Positions 19,434-28,791 of a stretch of 46,461 bases of DNA are shown here, one piece after another. A program made the translations under genes and the position numbers. Position 1 is the first letter of the stretch; the number at the start of each line of letters is the position of its first letter. A model generated the notes under the pieces. It was not told the origin of the DNA. It was given only the letters and a program-made list of their open reading frames with translations, and did no database searches. Location of the stretch: sequence record DRR378314_1840. One strand, 5' to 3'.

Positions 19434-19491
19434 ATCTGGTTTTTAGATTTTAAAACGCTATTATCTGATAGTTTTAATCAATAAATTCGAT
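19434..19491. promoter_or_regulatory. LysR binding boxes (ATC-N9-GAT, two copies)
   Basis: ATCTGGTTTTTAGAT (19434-19448) and ATCAATAAATTCGAT (19477-19491), both fitting T-N11-A. Confidence 0.65.
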
Positions 19492-19497
19492 AGGTTT

Positions 19498-20433
19498 ATG
19501 ATGGCGAGCCCGAAAGTCAGCCTGGAACAATGGCGGATCCTGCATAGCATCATCACGGAAGGGGGCTTTGCCCAGGCCGCGCAGAAATTAAACAAAAGCC
19601 AAAGCGCCATCAGCTACGCCGTCGCCAAAATGCAGGATCAACTGGGCATGGAAATCCTCACCATTCGCGGCCGCAAAGCCGAACTCACTGAAGCGGGGGA
19701 GCTGTTACTGCGGCGCTCCCGCACGTTATTGGAGGAGGCGGAAAATCTCGAAGCCGCAGCCCGCTCCCTTACCCAGGGCTGGGAAGCGACCATTTCCATC
19801 GCCGCAGAAATCCTCTTTCCGCCGGAAGTTCTGATGCGCGCGATGGAACGGCTATCCAAAGAGGCACCCCATACCCGCGTTGAAATCATTGAAAGCGTGC
19901 TTTCGGGAACCGAAGATTTGATCCTGCAGCAGGCTGTGGATCTGGCGATCTGCAGTGGCCTTCCGGCCGGATTAACCGGTGTTCCGCTGATGGATATCCA
20001 GTTCAATCTGGTCACATCTCCCCATCATCCGCTGGCCCGCCATCAGGACAAAGTCACATTGCAGCACCTGTCCCGGTATCGCCAGATCATTATTCGCGAT
20101 AGCGGCATGTCCCGCCGGGGTCAGGGCGGCTGGCAAAAAGCGGAGCTTCGCTGGACCTTCAGCAATCTCAGCTCCGCCCGGCAGGCTATCGCCGAAGGGC
20201 ATGGGTTTGCCTGGATGCCCACCTGTCTGATGCGCGACGAATTATCCTCAGGAACAATCATCCGTCTCGAAATGGAAAACCCGACCCGGCGCCAGACAAC
20301 CCTCAGCCTGACGCAGCCCAATCCCGACACCATCGGCCCCGCCGCCCGGCGCCTGCATGACCTCCTGCTCGAAGAGGTAGCAGACCATCAGCGGGAATTT
20401 GAAAAACTGCATCAGCAGGACGCCCTGCCTTAG
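19498..20433 (+). CDS. LysR family transcriptional regulator
   Basis: [24 protein letters not shown] and [10 protein letters not shown]; divergent from azoR. Confidence 0.94.
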   Translation: MMASPKVSLEQWRILHSIITEGGFAQAAQKLNKSQSAISYAVAKMQDQLGMEILTIRGRKAELTEAGELLLRRSRTLLEEAENLEAAARSLTQGWEATISIAAEILFPPEVLMRAMERLSKEAPHTRVEIIESVLSGTEDLILQQAVDLAICSGLPAGLTGVPLMDIQFNLVTSPHHPLARHQDKVTLQHLSRYRQIIIRDSGMSRRGQGGWQKAELRWTFSNLSSARQAIAEGHGFAWMPTCLMRDELSSGTIIRLEMENPTRRQTTLSLTQPNPDTIGPAARRLHDLLLEEVADHQREFEKLHQQDALP

Positions 20434-21839
20434 GCTTTTCTGGCCGCTTTGCGGCGCGGCGCGGCGGCTTGTCGCCTTTTCACACCCTGCTCAATATATT
20501 CAACGACCTGACCGGCGATATTCAGTCCAGTGACATTTTCAACGCCTTCAAGCCCCGGAGAGGAATTAACCTCCAGAACCTTCGGTCCATCATTGGAGCG
20601 GAGCAAATCCACACCCGCAAAGCGAAGGCCAAGGGCTTTTGCTGCGCGCACGGCGGCGGCCCGCTCAGCCGGACTGATTTTCACTTTAGACGCTGATCCC
20701 CCTTGATGCAGATTGGAGCGGAACTCCCCCTCCTCCGCCTGGCGTTTCATGGCGGCAACGACTTTATTGCCAATCACCAAGCAGCGCACATCCGCGCCCT
20801 TGCTTTCGGCGATAAATTCCTGCACCAGGATGTTGGCTTTCAAGCCCCGGAATGCCTGAATAACCGACTCGGCCGCCTTCTGTGTTTCCGCCAGTACAAC
20901 ACCGCGCCCTTGCGTCCCTTCCAGCAGTTTCAGCACCAACGGCGCCTTGCCGACCGACTTCAACATATCCCGCACATCCGAAGGGGAATGGGCAAAACCG
21001 GTCACCGGCATACCAATCCCCTCGCGCGCCAGCAACTGGTGGGCAAACAGTTTATCGCGCGATTTGCCGATTGCTTCCGCATTATTCAACGTGTAGGTGC
21101 CCATCATTTCAAACTGCCGGACAATCGCCATGCCGTAAAAGGTGATGGACGCCCCCACCCGTGGGATTACCGCATCATACCTCGGCAGGGAAACCCCCTG
21201 ATAATGAATGTCCGGCTTTTCCGAGGTAATATTCATGTAGCAGCGGGTCGTGTTAATCACATCAACAGAATGTCCCCGGCTAACCACGGCATCAACCAGC
21301 CGCTGGGTAGAATAATTCTCCGGCTCCCGGCTCAGAATGGCAAATTTCAGTTTTTTATCGCCTGAGTCTTCTTCGGGGGCCTTGTCATACAAATCCGGCG
21401 ACAGCTCTCCGCACAACGTGGACTGATCCGGATCCACCACGATGCGTCCAGACATGGTCGTACGCCCGACCAGCATGCGATATTGCATATCTTCGCGATT
21501 GGTCAGCGACAGCTCAACCGGCCATTCCTGTCCGGCAAGGCGAAACGGTGTCCGAACAATATAGCGCTCTTCAGACTCGCCATTGGAGCTGATGATATTG
21601 CGGATATCCACCACTTGGGAATCACACTGGATTTCAAGATCCGGACGGTCAATCAGCGGATGGACCAGATAGCGCACCCGTTGAACCCCGCCTTTTTCAT
21701 AAGCTTCGATATTCACAGCATGCAGCGAAGATGTCTGCGCACCTGTGTCGATTTTCGCTTTAATCGCATGCAGGCCCAGTTCGGGCAGGCTGACCCATTC
21801 GTCCCAACCGACGACAATGGATTGATTTTGTTTCGCCAT
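20430..21839 (-). CDS. rimK: fusion of RimB-like retropepsin-fold protease (DUF785) and RimK glutamate ligase
   Basis: N-terminus: [42 protein letters not shown]-terminal ATP-grasp: [38 protein letters not shown]. Confidence 0.93.
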   Translation of the reverse strand: MAKQNQSIVVGWDEWVSLPELGLHAIKAKIDTGAQTSSLHAVNIEAYEKGGVQRVRYLVHPLIDRPDLEIQCDSQVVDIRNIISSNGESEERYIVRTPFRLAGQEWPVELSLTNREDMQYRMLVGRTTMSGRIVVDPDQSTLCGELSPDLYDKAPEEDSGDKKLKFAILSREPENYSTQRLVDAVVSRGHSVDVINTTRCYMNITSEKPDIHYQGVSLPRYDAVIPRVGASITFYGMAIVRQFEMMGTYTLNNAEAIGKSRDKLFAHQLLAREGIGMPVTGFAHSPSDVRDMLKSVGKAPLVLKLLEGTQGRGVVLAETQKAAESVIQAFRGLKANILVQEFIAESKGADVRCLVIGNKVVAAMKRQAEEGEFRSNLHQGGSASKVKISPAERAAAVRAAKALGLRFAGVDLLRSNDGPKVLEVNSSPGLEGVENVTGLNIAGQVVEYIEQGVKRRQAAAPRRKAARKA

Positions 21840-21968
21840 TCATATCTCCCTCTGTGTCATCGCCAGTTCCTCTGCAGCCTCGATCTAACCAGGCCGCATC
21901 CCCTTACACCTGAAGCCAGTAAATTGGAAGCTGGTTTCTATATGACTTCCCAGTTTCTCATGACGATT

Positions 21969-22466
21969 TCATGAAGAGAGATCATCATTGAATGTCCCCA
22001 GAAATTTCCGGAGCAGGTCATTAAGGGACTTTGTCTCTGCCTCACTCAGGCCGGAAACAAGTGCTGCCTGAGTTGTAACATGATCTTCAACAACCTTGTC
22101 AATGAGCGTGAAGCCTTTTGTCGTGAGAGAAATCATGCGGCTGCGCGCATCGGCAGGATTAATCACCCGCTTCACCAGCCCGGCTTTCTCCAGCTGATCA
22201 ATGCGGTTCGTCATGGTGCCGGACGTGACCATGGTGCTTTTGATCAGATCCCCGGGGGATAACGCATAAGGCGCGCCTGCCCGGCGCAGGGTTGCCAACA
22301 CATCAAAGCTGGCCGGCTGCAGGCCATGACGCGCAAAGGTTTTGCCCATCCCCTGCTTCAGATGCGCCGTCACCCGCCCCATTCGTCCGATCAGGGCCAT
22401 CGGCGTCACATCCAGATCGGGCCGCTCCTTCGTCCACTGTTTAATAATCATATCTATGTGATCCAT
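21969..22466 (-). CDS. pecS: MarR family regulator, PecS/UrtR type
   Basis: N-terminal QWTKERPDLD helix, FDVLATLRR and SGTMTNRIDQLE; divergent from a PecM-like gene. Confidence 0.85.
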   Translation of the reverse strand: MDHIDMIIKQWTKERPDLDVTPMALIGRMGRVTAHLKQGMGKTFARHGLQPASFDVLATLRRAGAPYALSPGDLIKSTMVTSGTMTNRIDQLEKAGLVKRVINPADARSRMISLTTKGFTLIDKVVEDHVTTQAALVSGLSEAETKSLNDLLRKFLGTFNDDLSS

Positions 22467-22490
22467 GTCACGAAGCTTACCCGGCATTTT

Positions 22491-22535
22491 ATCTTGACGT
22501 CAAGATTTTAACATTTATCTTGATATCAAGATAAA
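22491..22535. promoter_or_regulatory. two perfect PecS/MarR operator palindromes
   Basis: ATCTTGACGTCAAGAT (22491-22506) and TTTATCTTGATATCAAGATAAA (22514-22535). Confidence 0.9.
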
Positions 22536-22547
22536 ATGGAGAGCCCC

Positions 22548-23426
22548 ATGACCCGATATTCTGATCTGTTGTTAACCGCGCTCGCCCCCGCTATCTGGGG
22601 CAGCACCTACATCGTCACCACCGAATTACTGCCACCGGGCTATCCCATTACAGTGGCCTTTCTGCGCGCCTTGCCGGCTGGCCTGCTTCTATTGTTGCTT
22701 GTTCGCCAGTTGCCGCGCGGGCTCTGGTGGCCGCGAATTTTCCTGCTTGGCGCGTTTAACTTTTCCATTTTCTGGACGCTTCTTTTTGTCGCCGCCTATC
22801 GTCTTCCGGGCGGGGTTGCGGCAACGGTTGGGGCATTGCAGCCGCTAATCGTTATCTTTCTGGCCCGCCTGGTTCTACAAAGCCCGGTCCGGTTTCTGGC
22901 AATTTTCGCGGCAATTCTGGGGGTGGGCGGCGTCTCCCTTCTCCTCCTTGGTCCGGATGCCGCCCTTGATCCGATCGGGATTGCAGCCGGGCTTGGCGGC
23001 GCGCTTTCCATGGCCCTTGGGACCGTTTTCACCCGAAAATGGGCACCGCCGGTCTCTCTTCTGACCCTAACTGCCTGGCAATTATCAGCCGGTGGAATTT
23101 TGCTGGCCCCGCTCGCCTTTTTGCTGGAACCGTCACTGCCGCCCTTAACCGGTGAAAACTGGATGGGCCTGACGTACTTAAGCGTGATCGGCGCGGCGCT
23201 CACTTATCTCATCTGGTTTCGGGGTGTCGCCCGCATCGAGCCTTCTGTCATTTCCACGCTGGGTTTTTTAAGTCCGACGTCCGCCATTCTGCTGGGTTGG
23301 GCCCTTCTTGACCAACCACTGTCACCGCTTCAAATGGCGGGGATCGCGATCATCCTCATCAGCCTTTATCTCAGCCAATATAAACCCAGACCCACACCGG
23401 CTCTGGCCCCCGCCAAATCCGGATAA
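22548..23426 (+). CDS. pecM: EamA/DMT efflux transporter, PecM type
   Basis: LLTALAPAIWGSTYIVTTELLP and AAYRLPGGVAA, characteristic of PecM. Confidence 0.85.
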   Translation: MTRYSDLLLTALAPAIWGSTYIVTTELLPPGYPITVAFLRALPAGLLLLLLVRQLPRGLWWPRIFLLGAFNFSIFWTLLFVAAYRLPGGVAATVGALQPLIVIFLARLVLQSPVRFLAIFAAILGVGGVSLLLLGPDAALDPIGIAAGLGGALSMALGTVFTRKWAPPVSLLTLTAWQLSAGGILLAPLAFLLEPSLPPLTGENWMGLTYLSVIGAALTYLIWFRGVARIEPSVISTLGFLSPTSAILLGWALLDQPLSPLQMAGIAIILISLYLSQYKPRPTPALAPAKSG

Positions 23427-23462
23427 ACCGTTTAAAACCCTGACCCAAAAGGACTTAACGCA

Positions 23463-24101
23463 ATGAAAATTCTCTTATTTGGTGCTGCCGGCGATGTCGG
23501 CAGCCGGATCATAACCGAAGCCCAAATGCGGCAATTGGACATCACCGCCCATATTCGCAACCCAGCACGGGCGGCTAATCTGCCCGCAAACACACCGACC
23601 CTTACTGGAAACCTGAACGGCAGTTCCGACCTGCAAGCCGCCTTAACCGGATATGATATGGTCATCAGTGCGCTCCGCCCACCAGAAGGAGAGGAGCAGC
23701 TTCTCCCCAAATTGACCGCAATGCTGATCAGAAATTGCCAGCAGGCAGACATACCCCTTTTAGTTGTGGGCGGCGCAGCTAGATTGAGTTTACCTGGAAA
23801 ATCTACAACCGTTTTGACGGAACCGGGGTTTCTGCCCGCAGCTGTTCGCCCCATCGCTGAAGCCTGCCAACAACAATCTGATCTGTTTGAGGGGGTGAAG
23901 GATTTGAACTGGACTTATATCTCACCGCCCGCCCTGCTTCAGCCGGGACAGCGAACCGGCCATTATCGCACGGGCCGGGATGAACTGATCATGACGGCAG
24001 AGGGCAATTCTCATATCAGTATGGAGGATTTTGCCGTCGCCATTCTGGATGAAATTAGCCACCGGCGCCACATCCGAAAACGGTTCACTGTCGGCACCTG
24101 A
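23463..24101 (+). CDS. NAD(P)-dependent oxidoreductase (atypical SDR / flavin reductase-like)
   Basis: GAAGDVG Rossmann motif, VVGGA, WTYISPPA, RTGHYRTG and ISMEDFAVA. Confidence 0.9.
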   Translation: MKILLFGAAGDVGSRIITEAQMRQLDITAHIRNPARAANLPANTPTLTGNLNGSSDLQAALTGYDMVISALRPPEGEEQLLPKLTAMLIRNCQQADIPLLVVGGAARLSLPGKSTTVLTEPGFLPAAVRPIAEACQQQSDLFEGVKDLNWTYISPPALLQPGQRTGHYRTGRDELIMTAEGNSHISMEDFAVAILDEISHRRHIRKRFTVGT

Positions 24102-24173
24102 CTAAGCCCGTCAAGACCGGAGAAAGATCAAAATAAGGTCTGGTTGCGCCCCTGGATACCCGCCAACCGGACC

Positions 24174-24656
24174 TTATTCCCCACCATAGGAAATCGCGCT
24201 CAGGACCAGATCAACATTTTGGCCGTCCGTTGCCATCGGCAATAACACCCATTCAACCGACTTGAAATCCAGATTATAGCGGAGCTTTCCCTGACCAAAG
24301 AAATGTTTGGGCATTCCGGTGTCAGCAACTTCCACCCGCTGGTGATACCCGACGGAATTTTTATAGTCTGGAAAAACCTCATCAAAATACTGCCCGGTAA
24401 AATCCCGCGCGAAGGCATCATTAATTGCAGTGCCCATCAACCGGATTTTTAAACGGAACGGATCCCGCTCCACATTTATCATGGAGATATGAGGCAACAG
24501 TTTGGGGATAGCCATCGGATTGAAGTCCTGTCGGCCCGGCAGACGGTCACGTGGATGGATCTGCAGCCAATATTCAATCAGCGCCTTTAATTGCCACTGG
24601 GTGATTTCCTGGGCTAGTCTCTGTCCTTCGGTATAGCTCTCTTCTGCATTTGCCAT
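24174..24656 (-). CDS. stand-alone PAS domain protein (PAS_5-like)
   Basis: YW..I...RLPGRQDFNPMAIPKLLPH, IRLMGT and EWVLLPM pattern typical of alphaproteobacterial PAS_5 proteins. Confidence 0.82.
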   Translation of the reverse strand: MANAEESYTEGQRLAQEITQWQLKALIEYWLQIHPRDRLPGRQDFNPMAIPKLLPHISMINVERDPFRLKIRLMGTAINDAFARDFTGQYFDEVFPDYKNSVGYHQRVEVADTGMPKHFFGQGKLRYNLDFKSVEWVLLPMATDGQNVDLVLSAISYGGE

Positions 24657-24849
24657 CACAATCCCCACCTCCGGGGGAGTGTCAGGCTCTCCAGCACTGG
24701 TCTTGCCCTGCTTTCTCGACCTATCATCATCTACCTTTTACGCAAATTCACATATCAGAATTTTCAAACATACCATTCCACACGCCACCTGTACATCAAT
24801 AGGTTGATGTTCTTATGCTGTACCAGACAGCGCCCGCCTAATTTCTCCT

Positions 24850-24887
24850 ATCCCTTCCTCTTTCCCTCATCCCTTCCGCTTTCTCTA
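24850..24887. repeat. pyrimidine-rich 19-bp tandem direct repeat
   Basis: ATCCCTTCCTCTTTCCCTC / ATCCCTTCCGCTTTCTCTA, 16/19 identical. Confidence 0.5.
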
Positions 24888-24988
24888 CCCAGGCACCACC
24901 GCATCTGCATCAGACCTCTCAAATATTAGTTGCTAAAAGCATATACTTTTCTTAAATTAGTCAACAATAGAAAATCAAGAGATTTCTG

Positions 24989-25918
24989 ATGAGCGATCAC
25001 ACCCTTGCGGCCCGCAGCGCCTATATGCGTCAATTCACCCGGTTTTATACGCAGAAGGCCGGTGTCCTGAAAGAAGCGTTACTGGATAGTGCCTATGGCC
25101 TGACCGAAGCCCGGCTCCTCTATGAAATGGCCGTACGCAAAACCTGCTCGGCCAAAGAGCTCTGCAGGGATCTGGAACTGGATCCCGGTTACATCAGCCG
25201 ATGCCTCAAGAAAATGCAAAAACAGAAGCTGCTTGAGAAAACCCCATCTCGGGCAGACCGGCGGCAGATGGATATCACGCTCACGGAACATGGGCGCCGC
25301 GAATTTGAAATCCTGGATGCACGATCATCAGACTTATTCGCCAATTTGATCGCCGACCTCTCCGATGCCAAGCAGCAGGATCTGCTGGAGGCCATGACCA
25401 CCATCGAAACCTTGCTTAAGGGGCCTTCAGACGCAATTGATCCGGTACTCATTCGCCCGCACCGCCCGGGGGATCTGGGCTGGATCGTCTCTGCCCATGG
25501 GCGGCTTTATTTTGAAGAGTATGGCTGGAATACGGATTTCGAGGCGATGGTCGCGGAGATCGCAGCGGACTTTCTCAACACCTATAAACCGGGCCGTGAA
25601 ATCTGCTGGATAGCGGAGCGGGCTGGCCAAAATCTGGGCTCTGCCATGGTCGTGGCAGAAGATGAAAAGACCGCCAAGTTACGCCTCGTCATCCTCGACC
25701 GACCGGCCCGGGGCTTGGGGATCGGCAAACGCCTGGTGGACGAATGTCTCACCTTTGCTCGCGCCGCTGGCTATACGCAAATAAACCTCTGGACCAATGC
25801 CAATTTAACGGCCGCCATTGCCATCTATAAAAAATTGGGGTTCCAACTGGTCTCTGAGGCGCCCCATCACAGTTACGGCCATGACCTTGTTGGGCAATTC
25901 TGGACCCGTGCCCTATGA
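24989..25918 (+). CDS. bifunctional MarR-HTH regulator / GNAT acetyltransferase
   Basis: RQFTRFYT and LDPGYISR (MarR part); AKLRLV..RPARGLGIGKRLV and LWTN..L.AA..IYKKLGF (GNAT part). Confidence 0.92.
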   Translation: MSDHTLAARSAYMRQFTRFYTQKAGVLKEALLDSAYGLTEARLLYEMAVRKTCSAKELCRDLELDPGYISRCLKKMQKQKLLEKTPSRADRRQMDITLTEHGRREFEILDARSSDLFANLIADLSDAKQQDLLEAMTTIETLLKGPSDAIDPVLIRPHRPGDLGWIVSAHGRLYFEEYGWNTDFEAMVAEIAADFLNTYKPGREICWIAERAGQNLGSAMVVAEDEKTAKLRLVILDRPARGLGIGKRLVDECLTFARAAGYTQINLWTNANLTAAIAIYKKLGFQLVSEAPHHSYGHDLVGQFWTRAL

Positions 25919-26823
25919 CCCGGCCCGTTCAAACGCTCGCCGTTCTATCGGCCATGATTGCCGGGGCCATTGTCGGTGTGGCGGTGGTTCTGTCGCGCTA
26001 CGTGATGCAGGAAACCACCCCGGAAATTCTGGCCCTTCTGCGCTACAGTATTGGCGTCCTTTGTTTTTTACCGATTGCCATTCCGGCTTATAAAGGCTGG
26101 TTTCGCCTAAAAGACATCCTGCCGATTGCCATCCTCGGGATCGGGCAATTTGCCGTTTTGATCCTGCTGCTCAATCATTCCCTGACTTATATTTCTTCTG
26201 CCCGGGCGGCCCTGGTCTTTTCAACCCTGCCCTTGCAAACCATGTTGCTCGCCGCACTGTTGGGGCAGGAACGGCTGACCTGGCAAAAATCCCTGGGCAT
26301 CCTGCTGACCATTCTGGGCCTTGTGGTAACCGAATGGCGAACCCTGTTCACGGCAGAGGGGAATGACGGAGCCTGGATCGGTATTCTGCTGGCCGCCGCC
26401 AGCGGATTTTGCGGCGCCGCCTGCAGTATCTTTTATCGCCCTTATCTGCAGCGTTATGCCACCACAACCATCAGTACCTTTGCCATGTTTGCCTCGGTCG
26501 CGTTTTTGTTTGTCTATTCCTTGCCCACACCCGCCTTTTGGCTGATACCGTCTCTCTCTGGCGGGGTCTGGTGGGCGCTTGCCGCTGTCGGCATGAGCAG
26601 CGGGATCGGTTATTTCACCTGGCTTTGGTCGCTGAAACATCTGGCGGCCACGACGGTTACCATGTTTCTCTGTCTGGGGCCGATTACCGCGACGTTACTG
26701 GGCGCTGTCTTTTTGAAAGAGCCAATTACCCCCGCCTTCCTCAGTGGTCTGGTGATCGCCATCGCCGGGATCCTGATTGCGCTGGCAGCGAAAGAAAAAA
26801 CAACGCCCCTGCCGCAAGCCTGA
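25915..26823 (+). CDS. EamA/DMT family transporter
   Basis: Ten TM helices; 'LALLRYSIG' and 'GPITATLLGAVFLKE'; ATGA overlap with the upstream gene. Confidence 0.9.
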   Translation: MTRPVQTLAVLSAMIAGAIVGVAVVLSRYVMQETTPEILALLRYSIGVLCFLPIAIPAYKGWFRLKDILPIAILGIGQFAVLILLLNHSLTYISSARAALVFSTLPLQTMLLAALLGQERLTWQKSLGILLTILGLVVTEWRTLFTAEGNDGAWIGILLAAASGFCGAACSIFYRPYLQRYATTTISTFAMFASVAFLFVYSLPTPAFWLIPSLSGGVWWALAAVGMSSGIGYFTWLWSLKHLAATTVTMFLCLGPITATLLGAVFLKEPITPAFLSGLVIAIAGILIALAAKEKTTPLPQA

Positions 26824-26838
26824 TCCCCTGAAACATCA

Positions 26839-26866
26839 GGAAAGGCGGTGTTTCCACCGCCTTTCC
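26839..26866. terminator. hairpin between convergent genes, likely terminator
   Basis: GGAAAGGCGGTG-TTTC-CACCGCCTTTCC, a perfect 12-bp stem. Confidence 0.7.
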
Positions 26867-26890
26867 CTTCTACCCCTCGGCTCCGGACGA

Positions 26891-28261
26891 CTAGTCGGTC
26901 GTTGCCCGCTTCAGCTTTAACGGCTGAGGAGCCGGGGCAACCCTGTCCCGTTTTGGTTTCGGATCCACTGGTTCTGTGGGTTCGATCTTCGCTCTTTTTG
27001 GTTTTGACGGGGCTGGCATCTTGTCCAGTTTTGGACCTTGGCCGCCTTGGTTGTCATACCCAACCTTGCCGCCAACGCCGCCGCCCACCGGAACGTTCAG
27101 TTGAGGTTTGCAGCTATGTCTGTAAACGGCATTGTCAAAACCCTGATACTGGCTCCACTCTCCATCCGGAAGGGTTCTCCAGCGGGCCTTGATCTGCATA
27201 TTGTGATTGAAGTTTTTGTTGTTATGGATCGCCATGTAGGAATACTTATCCTGGGACAACATCTCTTTCAGCGGAAAGTAAAAATCCATATGGGCCGCGC
27301 CGTCTTTCGGGTCATAAACATAGCCATTGGCCACATGATAATCGCCATAATCTGCATATTGGTTGCTATAGGACGCCACAACCAACTGAACCACACCGCG
27401 TTTTGTCCCGGTTGCCGTCAGATTAATGCGGATTTTCGGATTTTCAGTCGGAACACATTTGCCATTATAGTGGGGCAAATTGCCCATAAAATCAGCTGAA
27501 GCCAGCTTGAATGACTGCTCGCCAGCCTGAAAGCCTTTACCCTGATTTCCCACCAGTGCTGCGTTCAACTGGGCTTTATTATTGATCGCAGGATCCCCTT
27601 TATAGGTGATCTGGATGGTATGAAGCTTGGTCTCATAGCCAAAGCTGCTGTTGAAATTATTCTGGTTCCGGCACAAGGCTGCCAAAGTAATAGGCCGCTG
27701 CAACACCAGATGCTGATCCTGACGGTAAAAGTCCACCAGATCTCCGCCGCCCTGCACATGTTGTTGTGCTTTCTTTTCCAGCTCATCGATGGCATCCACC
27801 CGAAGGGCCGGATGGCCTTGTTTGATCTTATTCAGCGGCACCTCAAAACTGTCATAAGCCGCCTCGACAACCTTGTCGCCATCGTGCCAGGCAATGTTCA
27901 TCTTGTTCTGATCATACAGGGTTCCAAAGGTGTTCAGGCTACTGCCCCGAAGACTGACCGGCCCGAAATACATGTAAGCGCCAACGCCATGAATGGCATT
28001 TCCCTTTTTACAGGTCGCGCTGCCGGAAAAATCAAAGGTCAGTTTACTTTCCTGCACCTGCAGGTTCAGGAAATTCAGATGCTTGTTATCGGCTTCATTG
28101 CGGATGGTGATCTGGGCCGCCTGTCCGGTAAATGCCATACTGACATTCTTCACGAACTGGGAGGTGCCGGAGGCCGCAACCGCTGAGCCCGTAAATCCCG
28201 CCATGCCGATCCCGGCAGCGACCAAAAGCGCACCCGTTGTAAAAATTGAGTTCGGTTTCAT
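26891..28261 (-). CDS. secreted hypothetical protein with Pro/Lys-rich tail
   Basis: 456 aa; AAGGGG RBS; Sec signal (..GSAVA-AS); no family recognised. Confidence 0.8.
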   Translation of the reverse strand: MKPNSIFTTGALLVAAGIGMAGFTGSAVAASGTSQFVKNVSMAFTGQAAQITIRNEADNKHLNFLNLQVQESKLTFDFSGSATCKKGNAIHGVGAYMYFGPVSLRGSSLNTFGTLYDQNKMNIAWHDGDKVVEAAYDSFEVPLNKIKQGHPALRVDAIDELEKKAQQHVQGGGDLVDFYRQDQHLVLQRPITLAALCRNQNNFNSSFGYETKLHTIQITYKGDPAINNKAQLNAALVGNQGKGFQAGEQSFKLASADFMGNLPHYNGKCVPTENPKIRINLTATGTKRGVVQLVVASYSNQYADYGDYHVANGYVYDPKDGAAHMDFYFPLKEMLSQDKYSYMAIHNNKNFNHNMQIKARWRTLPDGEWSQYQGFDNAVYRHSCKPQLNVPVGGGVGGKVGYDNQGGQGPKLDKMPAPSKPKRAKIEPTEPVDPKPKRDRVAPAPQPLKLKRATTD

Positions 28262-28424
28262 CTCAAATGCCCCCTTTAAGTGACACAAATCTAAAGTAAT
28301 ACCGGCAACGAAACAACGCTGCTGTTACTAGATGTGTCGCTCCTTAACAGGGCAAGGTTCAAAAAAAGTGACGAATTTCAATTTTTCCCGGAAAACTGGC
28401 TATCTGATGCGCTCACTTTTGCTC

Positions 28425-28643
28425 TCAGGCGAGCCGTGGAAAGATCCCCAGCAGCCCCCGCCAGCCCTTTGACACTTGCTGACTTTTGGCCTGACCTTTG
28501 GCCCGATCTGATGTTGAAATTTTGGAAGCCGCCAATTCATGAAACCTGGCACTTCTGAGCTGGCGCGCCTGAACTTCATATGCGGCGATATCCAGACTTC
28601 CATCTTTGCGGCGGCGAAGGGTTGGGGTGTTAAATTCACTCAT
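28425..28643 (-). CDS. small hypothetical protein (72 aa)
   Basis: GAGGAGAAAG RBS then MSEFNTPTLRRRKDGSLDIAAYEVQARQLR. The R..DGS.D...Y...A...R pattern looks like a recurrent alphaproteobacterial microprotein type. Confidence 0.65.
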   Translation of the reverse strand: MSEFNTPTLRRRKDGSLDIAAYEVQARQLRSARFHELAASKISTSDRAKGQAKSQQVSKGWRGLLGIFPRLA

Positions 28644-28791
28644 GGTCTTTCTCCTCATTTGCAACACCCTGACTAAACACCCAAACTGAATGTGTTACTT
28701 GACGAAAAGCTTGTGGTTTTCTTTAGATTTCCCTTATTTTGAATATCCACCACCGCTAACCGCTGCTCAGGGATAAAAAACGGCCTGTCAA

